A stretch of DNA of 64,000 bases, taken from the NCBI RefSeq assembly GCF_018977255.1, contig NW_024704742.1:123816001-123880000 (forward strand), in the 5' to 3' direction. The stretch is from Callorhinchus milii. Its lineage: Eukaryota. A model generated the notes under the pieces. That model was not told the origin of the DNA and made no database searches. It saw only the letters and a program-made list of their open reading frames with translations. Below are positions 1-12,620 of this stretch, in pieces. The position numbers were made by a program, and so were the translations under genes. Position 1 is the stretch's first letter. Each line of letters opens with the position of its first letter.

Positions 1-595
1 CTTTCAGCCCCAAAACTCTGAAATACTCCCTCATTCCCTCCGCCGTGTCCCCTCCCCTTTTTCACGTCCTGCCTGTAAAACTTTCTCTTTGACCGTGCTT
101 ATGGCCACCCTCCCCACCGTCTCAGAGTCAGGCTCTGCCACTGTTAAGCGCTCTGAGATGCTACCCTTCGTGGAGGGTCCTATATAAGTGCAAGTTATTG
201 TCGTAATTAGTATGATTGTGCATGCAAATCGTTTGAGAGAAGCATTGGATAAATGGCATCAATTAAAATAGTGCACTAGAATGTTTCTAACCGTTTTAAG
301 AAATATAAAAGAAGAGTGATGGAAGCAAATAGGCCTTAAATATTTTGTTTATAAAAAAAATCAAGAAACGTGCAACTTGCATTCAATTTTTGATTGTACG
401 GTCCCTCCGCCTCGCCCCCTCCCTTGCCTCCTACTCCTAGCCTTCCCGCCCTCCACCGCTCCTGATCCCAACCACCAGCTCGGGTTCGGATCCCTGACTA
501 CCCAGCGCCTTGGGATGACCTCCTGAAGTGTAAGGTGCTATACAAATGTAATTTGTTGTTGTATTTCCTGTTTTATAAATTCCTGTTTTGATTAG

Positions 596-692
596 GCTCC
601 TGTAAGGACTGGAATCATTTTTAAGGAGCTGAGAGCCTTAATTGACTCTGTTCTCACGAAGAAACTTGAAGATCCAAAATTGTTTCTTGAAG
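596..692 (+). CDS. DHX29: DHX29 (DExH-box helicase 29), penultimate coding exon
   Basis: tag|GCT...GAAG|gtact splice sites; translates APVRTGIIFKELRALIDSVLTKKLEDPKLFLE, matching the recalled human DHX29 C-terminal segment APVKIAVIFKQLRVLIDSVLRKKLENPKMSLE; synteny with CCNO and MCIDAS. Not in the ORF track. Confidence 0.9.
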
Positions 693-1662
693 GTACTTTT
701 TGTTTCTTTATTGCTATTCGTTGAGAATCACTGACTCTAGCTGTGTAAGCATGCTTATATTGTGTAGATTGAATTTCAGTGATTTCTAATGGATTATATC
801 TGAAGAAAATATATGGGGAAGGGGAACGTAAATGAGACTAAAAGGATTGCTTTTAAAAGAGTTAACACAGAGGCAATGTCCTCCACATTGCCCACCCTAG
901 CATCGGCAAGCAGACTTTCAACCTTTCTGCCCACACTTTCTGGAACTCCATTCCGAAATCTCTGAGACACTGGTTCAAGATATGTCTTAACACTTACTTC
1001 ATTGACTGCACTATCGAGAGGGCTATCATAGTAGTGGCTGCAAAACAATTACTATTTAGCTGTTTAATATATTAAGCAATTATTTTAATATATTGGAATA
1101 AATGATCAGTTAAACTTTTCATTACAATCTAAATTTAATCCAGAAATCGCTGTTTCTGTACTTTTAGAATCCAGTTGCTGGTGTGCAGTTTGAATTCCTA
1201 TGCAACATTTTCATTAGACTCTGTAAAATCTTTTGAGATTTTCTCTTCCTTTTACAGTTACCATCTTTGTAAATCTAGATGTATTCAGTTATAGATCTCA
1301 GCCAAATATTAATGAGATTGCAAGTTACATGAACATTGGCATCATTAAGCTGGTAAACCCATTTATCATTTGCAATCTACAGAAGCAGATTATATATACA
1401 GAAACCTTTTTACTGGAGTATTTTAATGCAGTGCATATTCATGGCCCCATTGCAATAGAGAGAACAAACAAACTCAATATAATGCACAGTCTGTGTGGCA
1501 GTGTTGCTATTGTCTGCAGTAAATGAAAAGGCTCAATGTGAAAATGCAAGCAATAGTATGTGGATAGGTCAGTACACTTTTTATATCTAGTTATATACAT
1601 AGGTTATCGACCTTACAAATGCTTTACTCGATCTATTAATTTATTGTTATCTCTCCTTTCAG

Positions 1663-1718
1663 ATGACCAAATAATACAGACCATTGTGCAACTGATCCAA
1701 ACTGAGCACACTAATTGA
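1663..1718 (+). CDS. DHX29: DHX29 last coding exon
   Basis: ctctcctttcag acceptor; phase-1 join gives DDQIIQTIVQLIQTEHTN* (human NDKILQIITELIKTENN*); TGA at 1716-1718. Confidence 0.9.
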
Positions 1719-1879
1719 AAATTTCCTGCCATGCAACATTTCTGTAGAAATGGCAAATAATGTATGCTGGTTATTTTTAAATGTGCATTGGGCACAGAGT
1801 TATACTTGGTTAATTGATGAATGGAATATTGTGATTTTGTTTCTTAGTTATTTTAAAAACAAAATGATGCCTGATTATC

Positions 1880-1885
1880 AATAAA
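1880..1885 (+). terminator. Candidate DHX29 polyadenylation signal
   Basis: First AATAAA downstream of the DHX29 stop, followed by a GT/T-rich stretch; a second AATAAA lies near 2151. Confidence 0.5.
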
Positions 1886-2461
1886 TGTGTTCTTGATCAT
1901 CTAATTGTGGGCATTTATCTGTTACCCATGTACCGAAACAATGAATGTTCATAAAGGTATATGGTGAAGGCGCGCCTATGTAATCTATCAACTTTACTAT
2001 GAAAATGCTAACTAGTATGCTTGAGTGATCTGTCTGACAATACTTTATAAACCAATTCCTTTCATAACTGTTAGTTTTGCTCATTTTTAAAGGAGTTAAA
2101 TCAACATGATAATCACTTTTGATGGTTAGTCTTCCATTTTGGATTCCCAAAATAAAAGGGATGTCAATGCTGAGGAATGCAACACTTTGTCTTTATGCTT
2201 TCTTGGTGAGAGAGAGTACAGATCAAGTGTAGAGTAAAATGTCTTGTATGCTCAACAATATGGCTTTCAATTAGGCTCTTTTTGGATTTTTTCCAGAGTT
2301 AAATGTTAAATCATAAGCAAATTTTCAGATTAACAGGAAAGGACTTGAGTGGTGTAATGGGCTACTGCACTATCCTTTCACTTCCTGGAAGCCAGATCTG
2401 AGTCAGGGGCATGAAAGTCTTTATTTCAAATGATGAATTAACAGCACAAAGTTACCAAAGC

Positions 2462-2878
2462 TGGAGTCCTCTAGCTCAGTGGTTAGAGCACACTCCTCGT
2501 AAGTGAGATACCTGGGTTTGATTCCCGGGAAGGCGAAAGGTTGTGCAAATTTCCTTGCTCCACACACGCACACTTCTGTTTACCTAGGAGTAAGTAGGAA
2601 CCTGGTTGTTAGTTGATTGCCGGATCCCTTTCCAAGGATAATGATTCTTTAAAATTTTAAATATATGTGCAGTCGATTCACATTACAGTATATTCTGTGA
2701 AGAGCTTTGAGACTCTCGAAGACTTAATAAGGTGCTATGTCAAATGCAAGGATTGTTATTATAATAATAATCCTTGCATTTGATATAGCGCTTTACACGT
2801 CTTAACGTCTCAAAGCGCTTCACAGAATAGACTGTAAAGTGAATTGACCGTTTATTTGTGGGCGAAACGCGGCAGCCT
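2462..2878. mobile_element. Two tRNA-derived SINE copies joined tail-to-tail
   Basis: GGAGTCCTCTAGCTCAGTGGTTAGAGC head on +, shared ATT/AAT tails around 2750-2770, then the reverse-complement 3' part of a second copy. Confidence 0.75.
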
Positions 2879-5117
2879 TTATTAATATTGAAACATTAAC
2901 CACTACTTGGAAGTGATGCAGGTAGCTGATGTTTGAAAATAAAAGTCTTGTTTATGTAATAGAATGTACTCTGAGGTGAGTTTAGATCAAGACATAAATG
3001 TATCGTGAGGGAGACCTTTAAATCTATCTAATGTAAAGTAAGGAATGAGAAAAGGACATTTAGGATCTGCTTTTTCCAATATACAATGTTACGATTTGCA
3101 CTTGTCAGATTCACTACAGCATATTTAATGTGCTGATATAGATGAATAACTAAGGGTCAAGTTTCCTTCCAAGGAGAAAAAAAATGAACCTTTGCTGCCG
3201 ACACCCTATGATAATTGAACGATAGGTGAAGGATATCCGTCTACAATTGCAATCCACACTGTCCAGCCCCTAACTGTTGCATTCTGTAAATGACATTTCT
3301 GTGGTCTACAGCTGTGATCTGTTATTGAGATAAGTTCTTGGGAAACGTCTTTGTTCAATCTACTTTCTCGACTTTGCATCACTGCACGTGTGTCTGTCAT
3401 AGAAGTTAACATGACAGTGTAGTCGAGCAGATGTTGAATCAAATTTTTAAAATGCTGATTGTGTTGATGATTCTTTATCTCACGTGACATCAGAATTCTA
3501 GTGCAAACATCTCAGCAAAATGTATCAGTGGGAAATTTATATTGTGTCAAATCCATTTTGTACAATGTGACTGTGCTCCATTGATAGTGAGGGAACGTAA
3601 AACTTGGAATTAGTAATGTTTAGCAAACCTAGTATTTACAGTCTTCACTATAATTGCAGATTCATCAGACATTGGACCTTAAAATGTGGAAATTTTAGAA
3701 GTTTATTTGAACTGTTGCAAATAGAAACGCAGATGGTATGTGCTCTGTTCAATGTGTTCCCTTAAGATTCCTTGAGATGTCTAGCGTTCTTTAAAGGAAA
3801 TGTTTTAATATTATGAAAGAGCTTTTTGGCACTCCGAACACTTAAAGAGCATTAAAAACTAACAGGGATTTGGCTTTAACAAAGCATTGCAGTTATGTTT
3901 CTGGCAGATTCACGGACATCACTGACGATTACTATTTTGGAGCAGCCATGTTTCTCTAGTAATTAGTAAGTAATTTGAGCAGTATGACAAGTGCATTTTT
4001 CTTATTATTATTGGCTGTTCTGAGGGTTTTGAACACAAGCCTGGAGCAATTATATTTACTGTTTATGTGTAGGTTTACTTTCCACCATTAGATGGCAGAG
4101 TAAGTCCAGGTTTGAAATGAACTCGAGTTCCACAGCAAGAAGCTAAAGCGGTGGAGACTTTAATTACAACTGGGCAGTCTTCAGTTTTAAGTTAAAATGA
4201 TTTTGACTCGATCGTCTGCTGCAGTGTGAATGAGACAAGCTTTTAGAATAACTCTACCAGTGCATAATGTAATTGGTAAATATGTTAAAAAAGTTCATAT
4301 CGATTGTGACTTAAAAAAATCAAGTGATCGATCAAATTCTTTCTCAAATTATATTAGGAAGAAAGCAATGCATAAACTAAATTCATATCATATTTTAAAG
4401 AAATATGAAACGTTTGATTCTCAGAACTCAAAAACTCTACCTGACTGGAGTATATAATAAACAATCTGAGCAGTTTCCTTTTGGCAATACAATATTAAAG
4501 AAATAGCATTTAACTAGTGGCTACTTAGGATATTGCCAGTTACAGTAGCTGATAGATAATAGAACTGTGCACATATAATATCTGGCATTTGTCAGATGCT
4601 ACCCAATTTTTGTAAAACCTATCATTTATTTTCCTGACTTTTTAATGATAGCATCAAGTTAACTTTTAAACTGAGTGGAACACCGCATAAAACAAAATTG
4701 GAAAGCCAGCAAGTTCATGGGCCCAATCAAATCAGTTTCGGTAATTGACATTTAAGTTTTAATACAGCCAGTTACAAATTGAGCAGAGCTCTGAATGTTC
4801 AGTGACTGCAATATAAATGATATAAGTTTTGTTAACACTTATATTCATGTATGAAATCATTTACCAAAAATAAAGTGTTACTCAGAGTAAGGAATACAAG
4901 GAGGAAAATTTGTTAGCTCACAGATGTTTGTACTGTATTCTTGAACTGATGCTGCTTAATAAAAGGGTGATGCAAATGGAATGATGTAAGTGATTTGTAA
5001 AAATTTTGTTTTGTTTTAAGCTGGTTGCCTGATACATGCAGAAACCCAATGCTATGCTTGACTATCTAAACACAACTGAGAATTCTACATATGCAGCTAT
5101 ATCTAAATTCCCTAATT

Positions 5118-6005
5118 CAACAACAACAACTTGGATTTATATAGCGCCCTCCACACTGGACGGCGTCTCAGAGCGCTTCACAGTAAAGGATCCCGAGGCC
5201 GAGCCGGGGGATGAGGAGGAAAGTGACCAAAGGCGCAGTCGAAGAGAAAGGTCTTCAGTAGGGACCTGAAAATAGGAAGAGGGGGTGAGGCGAAGGGAGT
5301 GAGGAAGGGGATTCCAGAGTCTCAGGGCATCGTGGTTGAAGGCACGGCCACCGAGAGTGGAGCGGAGGACGAGGAGGAAGCCAGACCTGGAGGAACGAAG
5401 GTAACAGGTATTGTTTTGAGGAGAGAGGAGGGCAGAGAGGTAGGGGTTGCAGAGGAGTGCAGGGATTTGAATACAAGTGAGGATCTTGAAGTCGATCCTC
5501 TCTGGGATCCAGAATTCCAGAAACTATTAGGCACAGATTATCTGGTGTCAAGTCTTGGAGACACCAAAGTGTGTGTTGGGACCACACTACCGATTAGGAC
5601 TTTGGCTTGCAGGGTTATCAGGAGCCACGTGGGAAGAATCTCTGTATCTGGCTGGTCTGCCCCTCCAAGTCCTGGAGCAGAACCTTACCTTAGACTGATC
5701 TGGACATGATAAACACATGGATGAGGATCTCAGCGGCCTGCGAGAAGAGAAACTGGTGGAGCAGGCAATGTTTTGAAGGTTGGGAAAACTGATCGGATCA
5801 GAGCACAGATGTGGGGTTCAAAGGACAGTTAAGAGTTGAAACAAGACATAAATGTTACACACCACCTCCACAAGGTGGAGTGTTCATCACTGTAGGTGCT
5901 CAATGCTGTCAGACCTGAGGTGAGAAGAGCCAAACAGAAGAGCCTCTGGCTTGTCGATGTTCAACTGAAGAAGGAGCTCCTCCACAACTTGATGTCTCAG
6001 GCAAT
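5118..6005 (-). mobile_element. Degenerate L2-clade LINE 3' fragment
   Basis: (CAA)n tail plus the ttatatagcgcc 3'-end motif and similarity to the RT-3'UTR region of the copy at 49665-51004. Confidence 0.65.
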
Positions 6006-6067
6006 CGAGCGGCAGAACAGCAAACACAAACTAGTAGCTACTTAACTTTTTATACAACATGTCCCTT

Positions 6068-6123
6068 ATTGAACTCAGGTCTCTCGCTTGCAAAGCAAGT
6101 GCTCTAACCACTGAGCTACAGGA
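6068..6123 (-). mobile_element. Tailless insertion of the SINE tRNA-like head, flanked by a 28-bp target-site duplication
   Basis: Minus strand reads TCCTGTAGCTCAGTGGTTAGAGCACTTGCTTTGCAAGCGAGAGACCTGAGTTCAAT; exact ACTTAACTTTTTATACAACATGTCCCTT at 6040-6067 and 6124-6151. Confidence 0.85.
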
Positions 6124-7943
6124 ACTTAACTTTTTATACAACATGTCCCTTCAGCTGTTTCCTTACTATGCAATATGACAGCTTTAACAAGATGCTAATG
6201 CACATTTTGAGGACAACACAAAGGCTAAATCCACAGGTGTGGGGCCATTGCACACAGATGTATTTCTATGTACTCGAGATCGAAACATATCTGTTTTAAA
6301 ACAGGCTTTGCATGTAAGCAACTCTCCTCTGAAGAGATTGCAATTTAGAAATGCTGCAGTGAGGATTCAATTTCCTGTGGTATTCACTCAGATTACTAAC
6401 CTAAATTGATGACAGTAACAAGCAGCTGTGGCTGAAGCTAAAGCCCAAATAGTATGCAGGGTTGTAAAGATTCACACCTGTCATCTGTCAATTATATGTG
6501 CGAGTGGTTAAGAGAGCTATGTGTCTGATCCCTGCAGACGAGAGGTGAGTGTGCACCTGATTCCTACCTAACCTAATATTCACCCTTGCCCCTCAAACTC
6601 ACAATGTGACCCTGACTTCAGACTTCAAGAATACATAAATTGTATTCCCAAGACGAATCCCAATACTGTAATAATCCAAATATATCATGTTTTGAGTTAA
6701 TCTTTAATGAAACAATAATGGTCTCTATGCTCGTATATTAAAGAATGATTCATGACTTTGCACAGATTCATATCTGCAGACAAGTCATGATAAAAATATT
6801 ATCTAGTGAGGAGCTGGATTTCTTTTGAGAAATAAGAGCTCCAACTGATAATGACTGACAGAGCAACAGTGTCAGTTTCACAGAAATGAGTGTGAACGAT
6901 ACAGTTCTAGACAGGGATCTAAGTCCACCATTATTCCAAAACTAACTGTCCCAAACTCTACTTGTTTAAAATCAGAATTATAAGATTAAATAACAAGCCA
7001 ACAAGCCAACTAACAAAGTAAAAGACAATACAGGACAACCTTGTTATAAGGTAGCGGCTAAGGAACAGAAAAATACAACTAGTGGTGCTCACTTGAGAAA
7101 GGTTGTCAGTAAGAGTTTGTGGTCATAACATTACCGATCATATAACCAGTGTGCGCAACTATTGTAGGATTTGGGTAGGCAGATAACCAAATGCCTGTGG
7201 TACAGTATTGTGATGAGAGAATTTGAAGCATGACGATAGGATTTGAGACTTGCTAATGGGATTTAAAACATTATAAGCAAATCCATGTTATAGTGAGGGG
7301 TGTAAAAGGGTTCTTCTGTGTATCGATGAAAAGAATAATCTTGTGCCTTGATTTGCACATTGGTGCCACAGCACAAACACAATCCTTCACTGGAGTGTTC
7401 CTGATCTTTATACCACGCTTGGGGGTGTCCCACGTAAGGTCAGGTGTACCTCTACAGTGTGAACCCTTGGGCTAACTTCATGCATATCTTCTCAGCTGGT
7501 TCTAGAGTGAAAACTAAAGAAGTTGCTATTAGGTCACCTGGAAGCAGCCCATACACCACCGTCATAGCCATTCTACCAGTGTCCTGGCCAGCGGTTCTCT
7601 AAATTAATTGATTATTCACTCATGGCTGTTTGTGAGATCTTGAAGATGCAAATAATTGCTGCATTTGACTACAAAATAGCCACTGGACTTGACAGTAATA
7701 AGTTATGAAGCACTTTGAGACCTTCCATTATAAGGCTCTTTCTCCTCTTATGGATTACCGAATTGCACGCATGAGTTACTGAATTGAATTCTAACTTCAA
7801 GAGTGGAGAAATGATTTACACCAAGTGCCATGCCTAAACAACAACAACAAATTACATTTGTATAGTGCATTTCACGTCAGGAGGACGTCCCAAGGTGCTG
7901 AAACAATGAAAGTATAGATAACACCGGTACAGTCTCTTTCATA

Positions 7944-8154
7944 ACAAAAACAGAAGTCGCCTGGAACACTCAGCAGGTCAGGCAACATCGACGGAGAAAG
8001 AAAAGTGAGTCAATGTTTCGGGTAAAGGACCCGAAACTTTGACTCACTTTCCTTTCTCCATAGATGCTGCCTGACCTGCTGAGGGTTCCCAGCGACTTCT
8101 GTTTTTGTTTCAGATTTCCAGCATCTACAGTATTCTGTGCTTTTTTTTTACAGG
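7944..8154. mobile_element. Palindromic (fold-back) non-autonomous element with 12-bp TSD, probably Penelope-like-element related
   Basis: About 80-bp inverted arms (7943-8023 and 8029-8109) with a 5-nt loop; GTCTCTTTCATA duplicated at 7932-7943 and 8155-8166. The family assignment is from recall of shark palindromic repeats. Confidence 0.7.
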
Positions 8155-9091
8155 GTCTCTTTCATATTTAAAATCTGGGTATCAAAATAATAATAATAAT
8201 AATAATCCTTGCATTTTGTATAGCGCCTTATCAATTGTTGAGACGTCTCAAAGCCCTTCACAGAATATATTGTGAAGAGGGTTGACTGTATTAATTGGGC
8301 GAAATGTGCACAAATTGCCAAAGGTTTTTGATGCCTTTTCTTCATTGGGTTATACTGTCTGCATAGGCTATTAATAAATGTTAAACTGCATGGAAAATGT
8401 AACGTGCCACATGCATTGCCGTTCTACACTGGGCACATATTCATATCATTACCCCACTGTTGAACGAGGGACTGTTCTTGCTCCTTGGAGGGTAAAAAGA
8501 ACTTAGTTCTTTTTTAAAAAAAAATTTTCAAAAAGAAAAGAAAAAGAATGCTTTAAAGAACCATATTTGTCATTTTACATCACAATTACATGCAGGCACC
8601 ACTGAGACACTTTCAGGCTGCTCCTGTGTTGTTTTTTGATGTAAATTGCTTCACTTAAATGCAAATTGCATTATTTCTTTGTTGCTACAGTGTTGGAAAG
8701 TTTAATAGTAAATTTTGAACCACGACAATATACTCATTTAACATTCCTTACTGCTTTAGGTATATCTTCATGACCTCTTGCATTTATGCATCATAAAATG
8801 AACCCTATCATTTGTCTGATAAGGTTTGAACAAAGATGTATGTGTGAAGCACAGTTCTAAATTATTACAGCACTGTCTGTCCGTGCTACACAAGTATTTA
8901 TATGTGCAATAAAACATAACTGCTTTTCAAAGGTAATTTGGTTGTGATGGCCTATATACTATCACAACTAAATGACCTTGAGGTGATATCCTGATGCGTG
9001 AACGTTACAACACTTTAGACAGTTCTGCAGCTTGTGAGTGCCTCGTCTTATTTCCCAGACAGGGATACTGTCAATTTCGTTATCAGATCTT

Positions 9092-9430
9092 GAGCTTTCT
9101 CCAATGGCTCAATATACCTTGTTGAGTGAGTAGCTGAGCCATACAAGACAGTGAAGCTCTTAAATTCAATCATCCATCAATCCTATGCCTGAGTTCACCT
9201 TATCTGATCTCAGCTGTAATGGCAGTCCCAGACATACTACATTTTCAGGTTAGGAGGTAAATAGTCTCCAGAGAAAATCAGCCTGCGTGTTCTATGTAGT
9301 GGAGATGCACATGTATGATCATTGGGTAATGTCAGAATTATGTGTGGCTTTTATGCCCTGGCCCAAATAGGCTCCTGACAAGTAATTGTCAAACTTTACA
9401 TGACAGTAAAGGTTAGGCAAGATGCCTGAT
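9092..9430 (+). mobile_element. Ancient AmnSINE2-like SINE, degenerate
   Basis: Ordered motifs ctgagccataca...tgagtt...ctgatctcagc...gaaaatcagcc...tgccc...aatag resemble the recalled AmnSINE2 consensus; related copies at 42488-42900 and 56690-56910. Confidence 0.5.
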
Positions 9431-11414
9431 GTCCAAAATTTCTCACAGTATTAGCTTTAAGAACATTGTCTTAAAATTTAAGATCATGTTGAAAATTCAG
9501 AAATGTCTTAAATTCAATCTTAATTTGAAAACTTGGTTTTCTGCAGTTCTTCAAAAGAATTGTGTAAAATCATCTTGCAGATTCAGCCTGGCAATTAAAT
9601 TTAATGTTTTAGAGATTCTTTGATTCTGGTGCCTTAGCTGTTTTGTTGTATCTCTGTACTTTTCTTCAGTGGGAAGTTTAATATACTGCATTCTCTTTAA
9701 TATGATACCTGTGCTATTTGGGATATATTGACAAACCCATCTAATAGCAGTAGTTCAAAAATGAACAGAGTTTGGAGCATCCTTAAGTTTGGTCTCATAT
9801 TTTGAGATTCCTGGCCTTTTTAGTTATTACTTACTGCACCTTGTAATTTTATTGAATCTTCAAAACTACATGGAGGTATCAAATAATGCATATTTTTGGC
9901 GTAAGTGCAGTGATTCTATACAGGAACTTCAGTATCAATGGAATGCTTGAAAATAAGAGCTTTGTATCAGACATTTTTTAAAACAAATTGTATAACCCTT
10001 ATCTAACTGAATGCAAAATATTTGTTTTCCCCTTTTTATTGCAAGAGTTCACTGATGCTGGCCCAGGATAACCCTTCCCACCACCCACAGAAAGAGAAAT
10101 GATTCACACAGTTCCAGAATTGATTAAACCTTAAAGTGTTAGATTGTCGGCTTTTGTTTAAGGAAAGGAAATAATGATTTAATGATAGGTTATAGAATGG
10201 CACAGCTTAAAGACCTATTGTAAAATCTTAAGGAAGTTCATACATGTGTTAATGGAATGCAAAAGGCCTTGTGAAGTCATTGACATGGGTATTGTAGGAG
10301 CAATTTAATTGGGTATTGATGGACAAAATGTTCTGGTTAAGAGGTGTTCCTTTATAAGAAGAGAATGGTAAAGGTTATTAGTGTACTGCTGCACAGTTAA
10401 ATTCCACGGAACATGCTTCAGACACCATTCAATTAGAAAATACTGAAACTTAGGTCAAGTGGCTCTAAATCAGCTCCCATAGTGGTTCAAAGCTTCCACC
10501 CCGCTAAACTCCTGCGTCCACTCTGATTCCTCTCTATAACATACGCCACCAAAGAGTTGTTTTGCAGAGGAGACAGATTTTGGGTACTGTATCAATGTAA
10601 GAATTTTTCTCTGTTTGGAGAAATTGATTTCTAAATGTTACTTTTCTCTATTTCTAGAAAAAAAGCCTGCATTTTCATGGTCCCTGGTCAAACGTAATTA
10701 AAGACAGTTTAATAACTATTTTTATAAGTAAATGCTACAGCCATTTTGTACCAACAATATCTCACTGACAACCATGAAGTGAATGACCAATTAATCTGGA
10801 TTATTATTGACCATGACAGCAGAAGAAACTCCCTTTCATTTCAAACAGTGACATGAGAACCTTAACATAAACCTGAAAATCAAGCAGGTCATCCAAAGAT
10901 TGGCACTTCTGACAATGCAGTGCTCCCCAGTACTGCACTGAAATATCAGACTGGACTATAATAACATACCCAATGTGGGGTTTCAATCATTCTCCTTGCT
11001 GGTAACTATTACTAACTGTTTTTTGTAAGTAAATCCTACAGCTATTTTGCACCAACAACATCCTGAACAGTATGGTTTCTGTACTTATGTACATTTCTCT
11101 AACTTTGAATATTTTTTTAATTTGCAAAAGCCCATAGAAGATATAGGGTGGTTTGGAAAAGATTCAGAAATAGATTTCAAATACTAAAGCAGACAGTTTG
11201 ATGTTTAATTATTTTTTTCCCTCACTGGATGAAATAATGATGATGTCCATTGAGAATTACTAACTGAATTTTTTGTCTAATAGTCCTACACTTTCCAGTT
11301 TTATTATACTAACATTATTGAATTTAATATTAATCCTAATAATTCACACATTTGGCATAATGCCTTTTAAGACAGTGGGATATAACAAGGCACTTTACAG
11401 CATGTACTGTGTGT

Positions 11415-11424
11415 GTGTCGCAGT

Positions 11425-11455
<31 letters not shown>

Positions 11456-11795
11456 GTGGGTTCAAATCCCACGTTGGGGGCAATGACACTCCATTGCAAT
11501 GCTGGACTATGTAGCTTTATCGGAGGTGCTGTCCTTCGGATGAGATGTGAAACCGAAATCCCACGGTACTATTCGAAAAGAGAAGGAAGTTTCTCCTGGT
11601 GTCCTGCCCAACAATCCCCCAAATAAAATTGGTCAATCAATCCTTGGCTGTTTATGGGACATTGCTGTGCGCAACTGGCTGACACATTTCACCCACAAGA
11701 TACACAGTTAAACTACTTATCCTGTGTAGCGCTTTGAGACATCTCAATGACATGAGTGATGATAAGGCACTGTATAAAATTTAAGGATTATTATT
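11415..11795 (+). mobile_element. Older Deu-domain SINE (SacSINE1-like head)
   Basis: gtggtagcactcttgcctctgagtcagaaggttgtgggttcaaatcccac head, Deu core tgctgtgcgcaa(c/t)tggctg and LINE-like tail; similar copies at about 21510-21930 and 62910-63510. Confidence 0.65.
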
Positions 11796-12239
11796 CATAG
11801 AATCATAGAATTATACATCACAGAAGGAGGTCATTTGGCCCATCATGTCTGTGCCCACGTAGTATTACTGTAAATTATTACTGTAAAGAAGTGACTGTGT
11901 ATTTTTGTGGGTGAACGTGGCTGCCATTTATGCACAGGAAAGTCCCACAAACAGCCATAAAGCCAATGACCAATTTTATTTGGGAGATTGTTGGCCAGGG
12001 AGAAACTTTCCTTCCCTTTGAAACCATTGAAATTCTGTTTGAAACTTTCAAAGAAATGTTGTGTGGTGGTTTTTTTTTTTCCAGCTCTCAGAAAGGGACT
12101 ATGCAGAGAATGGACAAACTAACAATCCGGTGCAATTAGCCGAAGATGGGAATTGAAATAAAACATTGAAAAGCTGGTTTGACTGTGTGTTCTCGTTGGC
12201 ATTGAGAGAACAGCTTTGCCTCTGCATTAGCTGTTAATC

Positions 12240-12620
12240 CCACAAAAACCCAGTGAGGCGTTAACGGTGCAGTCGGGATCTGATTAGCTGTTTGCTGGAA
12301 GGGTCCTGGTGTGTGTGTGGGGGGGGGGGTGTGGGATGTGTGGCGGCTCAGATTGCAACCCGCCTGTTTTGCACAGAAGACCTACCAACTCTCTCGGTGC
12401 CTGGAGTCTGGCATCGCTCCCCAGGGGAGGCTTTGCTCGCAGTGTACAGCGCGCCAACTCCCGCTTCCCCTTTTTAATCCCAACGCACCACCACTGAGAA
12501 ACTGTCAGCACAGGGAAAGCACAGTGAGATCCCCCCGGACTGACCAGCCACCGTCTGCAGACGGCCAAAGCTGCCCTCCTTCCCGTTGCAATTGCTTTCC
12601 AAAGTGCAGAGCAAAACTTT
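12240..12620. promoter_or_regulatory. Candidate CCNO upstream enhancer (E2F and MYB motifs)
   Basis: Non-repeat, CpG-retaining island with TAACGG (12262-12267), GCGCGCCAA (12449-12457), CCGTTG (12583-12588) and the palindrome CCGTCTGCAGACGG (12551-12564). Confidence 0.4.
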
